Assembly (NCBI GenBank): GCA_951406725.2
Contig: OX597823.1
Span: forward strand, 43,958,001-44,022,000
DNA: 64,000 nucleotides
Origin: Octopus vulgaris
Lineage: Eukaryota
Reading direction: 5' to 3'
The number at the start of each line of letters is the position of its first letter. The first letter of the stretch is position 1. This document shows, one piece after another, positions 54,043-64,000 of the stretch. The position numbers were made by a program, and so were the translations under genes. The notes under the pieces are model-generated. The model did not search any database. It worked only from the letters and a program-made list of their open reading frames with translations, and was not told where the DNA came from.

Positions 54043-54057
54043 TGTGTGTGTTTGTAC

Positions 54058-54092
<35 letters not shown>

Positions 54093-54133
54093 TGTATGTA
54101 TGTATGTATGTATGTATGCATGTATGTATGTAT

Positions 54134-54250
54134 GTCACTATTCAGTTCTATTTCATGATTACTTGCCAATAGAGGAAGAGCCGATTTCTAACGTAGATCC
54201 AAGGCTCCTTCATTGGAATTTCAACATGAACAACGGGGTATTTTTCGTTG
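54134..54250 (-). mobile_element. ~115-bp element in a (TACA)n tract with a hammerhead-like relic
   Basis: Minus strand starts CAACGAAAAATACC (cf. CATCGAAAAACACC at ~36265) and contains ATGAAGG-AGCCT...CGTT-AGAAATCGGCTC. Confidence 0.4.
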
Positions 54251-54489
54251 TATGTATGTATGTATGCATGTATGTATGTATGTATGTATGTATGCATGTA
54301 TGCATGTATGCATGTATGTATGTATGTATGTATGTATGTATGTATGTGTGTATGTATGTATGCATGTATGTATGTATGTGTGTATGTATGTATGCATGTA
54401 TGTATATGTGCTGATTTGTATGCTTTGCTTTATGTATGTACTCTCATGCATATAGTTGCATATCTAAGCATACTCATATGTATATTTAA

Positions 54490-54960
54490 ATGCTAAACTT
54501 CAGGAAAGTTCTACAAATTGTTACAGTTCATGTGGTGGATTGGAGCTGTAGTCTTCGAATTAGCTTTCTCCTTTCTGGTTTTGAGAAGCCTAATTTCTCA
54601 AGATCGGTATTTAAGCAGTGTGTTATATATCCCAGGGCCCAAATAATTACAGATATAGACCTGAACTTGTAATCTGAATAGAGTTGCTGCAGATTTCTCA
54701 ATAGTCCATCATAGGTGTTCCCTTTTTCATTGATCGTCAGCTTTATGTTAACATCCGCTGGGCAGCTAATTTCCAGAAGTGTGCACAGTTTCTCTTCTCT
54801 ATCCCAAATCATTATATCAGATCTGTTGTGCTTACGTTTTATTGAGATCTTCACTGGGACATTCCACCAGTACTCCTTTTTATTATGAGTGGCTATGGCT
54901 TCTTTGTCTTCGGGGTTATCCTTCCAACGGATTTCATTATAGTGTCCTAGCTACATAATG
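54490..54960 (-). pseudogene. R4/Dong-like RLE endonuclease fragment
   Basis: KHNRSDIMIWDREEKLCTLLEISCPAD corresponds to the NRPD...IE-x-x-P-x-D RLE signature. Confidence 0.8.
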
Positions 54961-55422
54961 TCTCATGTATGTATGTATGTATGTATGTATGTATGTATGT
55001 ATGTATGTATGTATGTATGTATGTATGTATGTATGTATGTCGTTCCTATTATGCATAAGTGTCGTAAGTACAAAACGTTGCTTTTTCAAAAAACGTAAAA
55101 ATAGTTTCACCTTTCCATTTTCTTTTTACATTAGCAACATTTTCAGCTTAACAATAATACTTTGTTGGGTGCGTAAAATCGTAACTCCATGCATGTATGA
55201 TATTTTCAGTCAGAAATATTTTTGCAAAACTGTCGTATGTGCGACTTTTGACAAATGCTAAACTACACTTTAGCAATTTTCATATCTTGGCATCTGAAGC
55301 AGCTGGGGATACGATAGCGTGATCAGAAGAACCGGCTATTGTAAGCAAAATTAGATATTGAAAACAAAAATGCATTTGGCCAAATTTGGGCAAACGGCAG
55401 TTTCACATAATAGCAACATGTA

Positions 55423-55514
<92 letters not shown>

Positions 55515-56371
55515 TTTGTATATGTATATGTGTATACATATGTACATATTCATTTATTGTCATTCATGAATAATGTATGCCATACTACATTACCTAATGT
55601 GTTCTCTTTTGAAGACAATGATTTGCAATTCAAGAAAGATTTAACTGCTATTAATAGCAAATCAAACAACCACATAGTGGCACACTCAGTTTCGAAATTT
55701 TTAGCAGTAAGAAAAGAAAAAAGGAGAGCAACAATCAAGATCATTTTTTTTTTTTTCCAAAACATAGCCTCTCCCACTCTTGCAATAATTGACCTTGTAC
55801 CTAATCAGGATCAATCAATAATTATCGAACACTTCATTATTCACATTGTATTTTGTCTTTCCTAGTGCAACATGCATTTTCGTGACCAATTGAAATTATT
55901 AAAAGGAATCTTAGTGCCTGTGAGTGTTCAGGTATTTATATATTTATTATACAATACACAGAGACTTTGCACATTCAACGTGGTTTACAGTCGTCGTTAG
56001 GTGGCAGAAATACATTCGGGAAACATTAAACATTGACTAGCCTGGTATCTTTGTCGTCTTTGCCTTTTAGTTGTTTCAGTTATTGGACTGCGACCATCCC
56101 GGTTGTCAAGCAGTGGAATAAGCACATACACATACTCACACCCATCCACAACCACCACACCCACACACACACACACACACGCATACGCATACAACGAGCT
56201 TTCACACATTTTCCGCCTACTAGGATATACTCACGGGGCTATAGTAGAAGACACGTGTCCCCAGGGTGCTGTGCTTTAGGACCGAACCTGAAACCACGTG
56301 GCTCTTAGCCACATAGTCATGTTTATGCCTCCGGACAGTAAATTTTACAAGGTTGATAGATGCTAACAAAT

Positions 56372-56486
<115 letters not shown>

Positions 56487-56732
56487 TGTGGTGCTGCTGC
56501 TGCCTCTGGCGGCAGTGGCGGTGGCGGTATTGTTCGAATGCTTTGCCGTGCATCACCAAATTCTTACAAACAGATTTCCCTGCCTGAACAGCTCTGGATG
56601 TCGAAATAGAAATGTCGACGTCTTTATATTTATATTTCAGCCTCACTGAATTCAACTGAAAAGAATCTATCAGAAAATCGAATTTTCTCTACCACCACCG
56701 ATATATACATACATACACACACACTTATATAC

Positions 56733-56801
<69 letters not shown>

Positions 56802-56827
56802 ATTATGTAAGTATGTCTGTCTGTATG

Positions 56828-56860
<33 letters not shown>

Positions 56861-56885
56861 GCATATATATGTATGTATATATATA

Positions 56886-56969
<84 letters not shown>

Positions 56970-57037
56970 AACACACATACATCTAAGTACTTATATATGT
57001 ATGTATATATATATATGTATGCATATATATATGTGTA

Positions 57038-57097
<60 letters not shown>

Positions 57098-57889
57098 TGT
57101 GTATATGTATTTATATACATACCCATATATATACGTGTATATAAGTATGTATGTGTATATATGAATGAATGTATAGGTGAGTCGGCAGCATTGTTAGAAC
57201 GCCCGTCGAATCATCGTGCGATATATATACCACCACTTTGCGTCCTATGATCAAATCTTGCCTACATCTAATTTACCATTCAACCTACCACGGTCAATAA
57301 ATTTACTACCAGTTCTATCGCAATGTACTAGTGGAATTGTGAGAACATCAAACAAGCAACTTTGTTGCATTTGATCCGTCTCTTTGCTTCTTGAATTCAA
57401 ATCTTCCCATGACCTACAGGAGTACAAAACTTAATTCATTGCCTGGTTCAACACCACCACCGAGCGTCTTGGATGTCTTCGAGGGGATTTCACTATGTTG
57501 CGATCATTTGAACCGGCTCCCTAGTTTGCAAATTCATCTCTCCCTCCAATCCGCCATACTAGGAGGCCATATAATGAGTCATGCACTGTGCCTTTACTCT
57601 TGGTGAAGAATGTGTATGTGACTGTGCGTATATGTGTGAGTATGTGGTCTAGTGTAAGGACCTTGTACTGCCCGTAGAAGTCATATTATCGATCTAAATA
57701 TTATTTCAAAGTTTGCAGAAGGCCAGCAATTTTGGGAGAGGGTCTGCAGCGACAGCAGTACTTGACCTTTCTTTTATCGAGCCCAAAAGGATAAAAACAA
57801 ATTCGACCTCGATGGAGTTTAAACTCAGAAAATAAAGAAATACCGCTAAGCATTTTGTTCGACACACTAACAATTCTGCTAGCTAATTA

Positions 57890-58040
57890 CAAGCACCAAC
57901 AGTACCAGGATTACCACCAGCAACACCACCAGCACCAGCAACACCACCAGCACCAGCAACACCACCAGCACCAGCAACACCACCAGCAACACCACCAACA
58001 CCACCAACACCACCAGCACCAGTAACACCACCGGCACCGG
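57890..58040. repeat. (CCAGCACCAGCAACACCA)n-like minisatellite
   Basis: Directly visible; adjoins a minus-strand SINE C copy (~57720-57885). Confidence 0.85.
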
Positions 58041-58336
58041 AGATGTGGATGTGTTTGCTTGACACTTGGTGGAATTTTTATGAGATTCTAGATGAACGTA
58101 CATTAGATAAGAACCTCACATAAGTGCGGTGTTCTCCCCTTACTGGTTCACCAGAACCAAACACAAAGGAAGGGCAGTAGAAGAAAAATGAAATAAACTA
58201 GTAATCACATCAGCAGCAGTACCCCTAGCATGGCCATAGCTTCGTGATGAAACAATAAAACAATACGAAAATAAAAGCTACAGACTTATACATACATACA
58301 TACATACATACATACATACATACATACATACATACA

Positions 58337-58367
<31 letters not shown>

Positions 58368-58391
58368 CTTTTTCGTTTCCCTCGTCAGTTA

Positions 58392-58596
58392 TAATTCCCC
58401 AGACTGCAACCCCCTTGATTATTATGTGTGGGACGCAGTTGAGCGAGAGACCACCAAAAAACCTTATAACACCAAAGTAGAAGTGAAGGCAAGGGTTATG
58501 GCAGCATTCATCAACTTAAACAAGAGAACCGTCCAGAAGAGTTGCAGGAAATTTCAAGGGCCGTGGTTGAAGCCAATGGCGATTTTATTGAATAAA
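58392..58596 (+). pseudogene. Tc1/mariner (maT/DD37D-like) transposase C-terminus
   Basis: NSPDCNPLDYYVWDAVERET...VVEANGDFIE* (SPDLNPLDY-type motif). Confidence 0.75.
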
Positions 58597-58629
58597 TTTA
58601 CTCTTTAGTATTTCAAGATATCTTTACGT

Positions 58630-60430
58630 AAGCTTGATAAATACATCTGATTTTCATCAAGGACTGAATCACCTGATTTGTACTTCTTAAGGACTGTTAG
58701 AATCTTATTCATTTATTCACGGTTAATCTTTGCTTCTGTCTCCTTTTTTGGAGCAAGAATTTGCCCTTTTACACCACCATTTATGTGAATTATAATTATT
58801 ACTTTTGGAAATACCCTGTTCTTCAATTCAGCTGGGGAATTCATCATGATAGCAATATGAGCCAAATTGATATCACCATTCCCATAAAATGGTAGTTTCC
58901 CATTTCCTAATTGGAGGAGTCAGGTTTAAAACTGTTCTGCACATTTGTCACCATGTAATAAAGCTCGAATGTTAGTATTGAAGGAGAATTTCTGTACTTT
59001 ATTCCATAGGTGTGAATACTTAATGCATGCTTTTATTTCATCAGATTTTGTTTGCCTCGAAATGACCGGTAATGTCTGTCTGAAGTCTCCTGATAAAACT
59101 AATGTAACTCCTCCTATAGATTTATCGTTGACTCTTATGTCCTATAAGGTCTTATCAAGGGCTTCCATTGCACCTCTATGTGACGTGGTGCATTCATCCC
59201 AAATGATCAGGTGACATTGACGCAACACTTCTGCTGAACCTGAACCTTTGCCTATGTTACAAATTGGAATGTCATTTGTGACCAGGTTTAGTGGTAATTT
59301 AAAAGCAGAATGAACTGTTCGTCCTCCTGGGAGGAGGGTGGTAGCAATGCCAGACGATGCAACAGCAACTGCAATTCTTTTTCGTTCCCTTACGTTGGAG
59401 AGAAGCAATGTTATTATAAATGTTTTACCTGTGTCACCAGGAGCATCAAGAAAGAAAATTCCTCCACTTTTTTCTCTGACTGACGAAATAATTTTATCAT
59501 ATGCACAGCGTTGTTCTGGAAGAAGTTTAGGTCCATGTTCATTTACAAATGCAGCCAACTCTGTTGTGTCTTGAAGTTAACTTCAAGAGTGATTTAACTT
59601 CTCTTGAAGTTAAATCACTCATTTAACGGTTTGTTTTTGACAGTCCAGAGCCAGACTCTTGCAAAGTTTTCCCTCCCATAGCCAAAACTTGATCCTCAAA
59701 TTACATCAGTGCTTTGATAAAAATTGTTTCAAAGAACTGAATATTGATATCTGGGTTTGCCTGTTGAACTGCATACTTTAAGTTCTCAGCCATGTTCTGA
59801 CGATGTCTCATCCAAGGCTATAGGGACTGCCAAGTTGACACATGTTCAGTATAATTGCAAAAAGGTTACGGACTTTCCTTGGAGAATCAGATAATGATGC
59901 TTCAGTCAATGCAAGGTCCCAATGCTCATAATTTTCTGATAAACCTTATTAATAGCATGCTTCCCTATAAGTTTCACACACATGACCATTTACCCTCCTC
60001 GAATCTTGGAAATTTTGGGGACCACGTACTTCATGAAAAAGTAGCCGTAAGTAGTAGCATTCTGCTTGGCTTGGATGGACGCTGTAAACTCTTGCAGGAA
60101 CGTCAGCCCCACGTTTCCTCTTGTGCTATTTATTGTTTCTCCTGTTGTAATACTTGGGTAATTGTGGGTAAAGGAGTTTTCTTGCTTCTTCATCTACCTG
60201 ACACAACTTTAAAATGGCAGTAAGGGGAGTTTCTTTTAGAGAAAGTGCTTGTTGCAAGGTTGTTTGTTTTGTAAAGATAACCCTGTGGCCATTCTTTAGA
60301 TGGCCACTCAGATGAATGATGCCTGGGAGCCTCTCATGAACGAGAAAATTAAAGATGCACCAAAAAGTCTCATTGATACTGATGTATCTTTCTCTGTCAT
60401 ACTGTTCATCTTCGTCATTTTTATTTATCT
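58630..60430 (-). pseudogene. Helitron Rep/Hel remnant with PIF1-like helicase
   Basis: FFLDAPGDTGKTF (Walker A), VASSGIAT, GGRTVHSAFKLP, IIWDEC (Walker B), LSGDFRQTLPV; upstream YYLRLLFHEVRGP...TYREAC linker typical of Helitrons; many stops. Confidence 0.9.
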
Positions 60431-61139
60431 GCTAACTGCAAATCTGCGTAAGAGTGTGTGTTGCGGCAGCTAAACCTTTGTTTATATATTTGGAAACATA
60501 CCTAATTGAGTTGCAAATGAGAACGGAAAATTTCGCCGTTGCTACCTCAAAACCGGAATTTGACATTGAGAAAATTTTTTTAAAAAGTGAATTATATATA
60601 ATAGAGCAATATTATTTATTTTTAATGAGAAAAATAAACTGAAGACCCTATTATGTATCCGAGGTCAAATTATTCATGCACTTCGAGCAGTCGTTTTCGC
60701 ATGAACATTTTCTATGTGAATTCGTGTGTTGAAACAAATTGAGCCGGTAAGTGTGTTAGATATATATATGAGCAAAAGAAGTTTTAACAAATGTAGTAAT
60801 AGTTTAACGTTTATAAGAAAAAGATTTTCGACGTTTCGGGCGCTAGTGTTTCACCTTCACTAGAAAAAGATGAGAATGGAAGATGTCACAAGAAAAGTTT
60901 GTTAAAGAGTTGGGTTGAAAAAGTATCACCCTGCCAGTTAAGGAATACATATATATATATATATATATACGTGTGAGTGTTGGTGTGTGTGTGTATACAT
61001 GCATACATACATCAACGATATAGGAATGGAATGTTAAACAGGACACTGACTGATAACTGGCAATGTATATTGCATCAAAGCACACTGCGGAGTATATACA
61101 TAATCATATGTTTGTATGTATGCCTTGAACATATCTAAG

Positions 61140-61201
<62 letters not shown>

Positions 61202-61899
61202 ATGGCGGCGGTGGTGGTGGTGGTGGTGGTGGTGGCAGCAGTACTAGTAGCGTTGATGTTGGTATCGGAGGCGCTAGTGGTGCTGGTTGTGATAGTAAGT
61301 GCAGTACAAACGAGAAGGACAGATACATTATATCGATATGCTATATCATACGATAAATTTTGCTAAGATGGTTTAAATATATATTTTTTTTTTATTTTCG
61401 TTTACATTGTTTTGTATTAATGTTTTATTTATTTAAATATTTGTTTATTTATTTGTGCACTAAAGCGAAGTTTTCAATTTTATTTTGTTTTTTTTTTCTT
61501 TTTATGATGTTGTCCATTTTATTTTCGCTTTGGATGGTTTCATTTCTTTCTATGGTCTGTTTTATGCGTAAACATTTCGCCAGCTTAGTAATCGTTTAAA
61601 CAGATATATCGAGATGTGGGCCAGTTATGTCGGACAGTTATACTGTTTTGTACTATGATGTGTGCGTACGTTTGTGTGCGTTTGTGTTTGTGTCTGTGTT
61701 TGTCTCTGTGTCCGCGTGTCTGTGCCTGTGTGTCTGTGTTTGCGTGTTTGCGTGTATGTGTGTGCGTGCGTCTGAAAGCTTACAGATACATTATACGCGT
61801 TCTAGATAGATAGATATATAGATAGATAGATAAACGTATTATATACATATACACATATTTATACACATATACATATACACATATTTGCGTATGTATACG

Positions 61900-61945
<46 letters not shown>

Positions 61946-62024
61946 CCTGCATATCTTCATCTTTGTTGTATGTGTGTATGGGGGTGCGGGTGCGTGCGTT
62001 TGCGCGGGCGGGCGTGTATGTGTG

Positions 62025-62097
<73 letters not shown>

Positions 62098-62214
62098 ATG
62101 CGCACGTATGTATGTCGACGAAAGGAATCGATAAAGTGATTTGTTGGCAAACGACCTAAATATGCCAAACATACTTCCAGAAATGGAATTTAAAGATGAA
62201 CCTTAGGGAGCTAG

Positions 62215-63095
62215 TGGTGGCGGTGGTGGTGGTGATGGTGGCGGTGGTGGTGGTGGCGTCGGCGGCGGTGGCAGCGAGGGTGGTAGAGTTGGCGGTTGTG
62301 GCGATGGTGGTGGTGGTGGTGGTGGTGGTGGTGGTGGTGGTGGTGGTGGTGGTGGTGGTGCCTATGGTGGTGGTGGTGGCGGCGGCGGCGGCAGCGATGG
62401 TGGTGGCGATGGTGGTGACGGTGGTGGTTGTGGTGGTGGTGGTGGTGGTGGCGTCGGCGGCGGTGGCAGCGATGGTGGTAGAGGTGGCGGTGGTGGTGAT
62501 GGTGGTGGTGGTGGTAGTGGCTATGGTGGTGGTGGTGGTGGTGGTGGTGATGGTGGTGATGGTAGTGGTGGTGGTTGTGGTGGTGGTGGTGGTGGTTGTG
62601 GTGGTAGTGGTGTTGGTGGTGGTGGTCGTGGTGGTCGTGGTGGTGGTGGTCGTCGTCGTCTTGATGGTGGTGATTAAGAGGATAGAAGTGATGGTCATGG
62701 TTAAGGCCGCACTGGTGCTGATGGAGGTGGCAGTGGTGGAAGTTGTGCTACTACTACTACTACTCCTGGTACTACTAGTAGCAGGTGTAGTAGTAGTAGT
62801 AATAATAATAATTGTGGTAGTGATGGTAATAATGGTGGTAGTAGTAGTGGGAGCGTGCTGCTGCTGCTTTTATTGGTCGTAGTATTGGCTATGATGATGA
62901 TACTTATTAAGGTGGTGGCGGTAAAAGTTGCGGTAGTATTGACGGTGATATTCGATGTTATAGTGCGTGTGGTGTTGGCGGTGGTGGTGGAGGGGGAGTT
63001 GTTACAACTATTGTCGTTGGTTGTAGTGATGCTTATGCTGGTTGTTGTTGTTGTTGTGGTGGTGGTGGTGGTGGTGGTGCTTGTGGTGGTGGTGG

Positions 63096-63126
<31 letters not shown>

Positions 63127-63285
63127 GGTGGTGGTGGTGGTTGTGCTGGTGGTGCTGGTAGTGGTTGTGCTGGTGGTGTTGATGGTGGTGGTGGTGGTGG
63201 TAGTGGTGGTGGTGCAGGTGAAGCTAGCACTGGTACTAGTACTGGTACTGGTGGTGTTGGTGCTGATGGTGTTGGTGCTGGTGAT
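62215..63285. repeat. Compound (GGT/GGC/GAT)n array
   Basis: Directly visible; runs into a SINE C head at ~63280-63440. Confidence 0.9.
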
Positions 63286-64000
63286 GCTGGCAGAATCGTT
63301 AACGCGTTGAACAAAATGCTTAGCGGCATTTCTTTACGTTCTGAGTTCAAATTTCATCAAGGTTGACTGTGCTTTTATTCTATAGGGGTCGATAAAAGAA
63401 AGGTAGTAAACAAGTATTGGTGTTGCTGTAATCCCTCTCCCTCTAAAACTGAGCGATAATATAGCTATTTCCTTAGAATAATAGGCGATATGAAAATGGT
63501 TGGTTGATTGGTGTGTTGGATCGTTCTACAGTAACACTTTACATCGTATTGAGAGGGGTGAGAAAGAATAAAAGAGAGGTAGAAGGAAGAAGATACCCTC
63601 AAACTTGGCCCGAATGTTTGCAACAGCATGAACTTCGTTAAAAGTACCCAATATGTCGAGTGACGGTGTTAAATCGCGAGAGGGATTATGTCAACTACCC
63701 ACGTCAGCTCTGATAGGATTTGAAGTCAGTATATTGAAATAAAAACCGTACATCATCAGGACCAATGTTCCAGCAGTTTCATCAAACCACAGCCCTGAAT
63801 TGGTACTTTTTATCAACTCCAAAAGAATGACAAAGCAAAATGATCCTTCGTAAGATTTGAATTCAGAGAATATAAAACCTGAACAAATGCCACGAGTGAT
63901 GAGTCCGACCATCTAACGACCCTACCCATTCGCTTGGTTGACATGATATAAATAGAAAAAAAGTGATAAGACTTTTAAGGCCGGAAATTTGGTGGTGAGG

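Noticed and set aside
55224-55405. Weak inverted repeat (AAACTG.CGT.TG...CAAATGC)
   Set aside because: Arms are short and diverged; probably a decayed MITE, too weak to call.
57883-58065. Silk/elastin-like (GAGGVA)n peptide
   Set aside because: Short minisatellite running into a SINE head; no gene context.
59142-59558. Host PIF1 helicase gene
   Set aside because: Intronless, interrupted by stops and frameshifts, and preceded by Helitron-specific linker motifs; a transposon fossil.

Overview
Eukaryotic, AT-rich, repeat-saturated DNA, probably intergenic or deep intronic. The SINE repertoire and microsatellite load suggest an octopus/cephalopod genome (inference, not verified by a search). 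I see no intact protein-coding gene. Most ORFs in the track are microsatellite artefacts, and the rest are broken transposon genes: hAT, four mariner remnants, one maT/Tc1-like fragment, a piggyBac end, Helitron Rep/Hel (PIF1-like helicase), and R4/Dong-, Tx1/L1-, RTE-, CR1/L2- and Penelope-like retroelements. Three tRNA-headed SINE families (A, B, C here) recur many times. The best candidate for something undescribed is a small-retroelement system built around minimal hammerhead ribozymes: (i) a tRNA-headed SINE whose tail carries a decayed hammerhead and which has a Penelope-style inverted fragment at its 5' end (36117-36506); (ii) a ~200-bp hammerhead-bearing mini-element present twice (9701, 32188); (iii) several further hammerhead relics next to Penelope RT/GIY-YIG remnants. 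Also notable are modular SINEs that swap heads and tails, a SINE dimer with a fixed junction and an 18-bp TSD, a 1.4-kb degenerate (CCCTAA)n array abutting a Tx1-like fragment, a 1.3-kb (TTTGG)n array, several foldback palindromes and a CRE plus ZNF143-type motif pair. All calls were read by eye, and boundaries of decayed elements are approximate.
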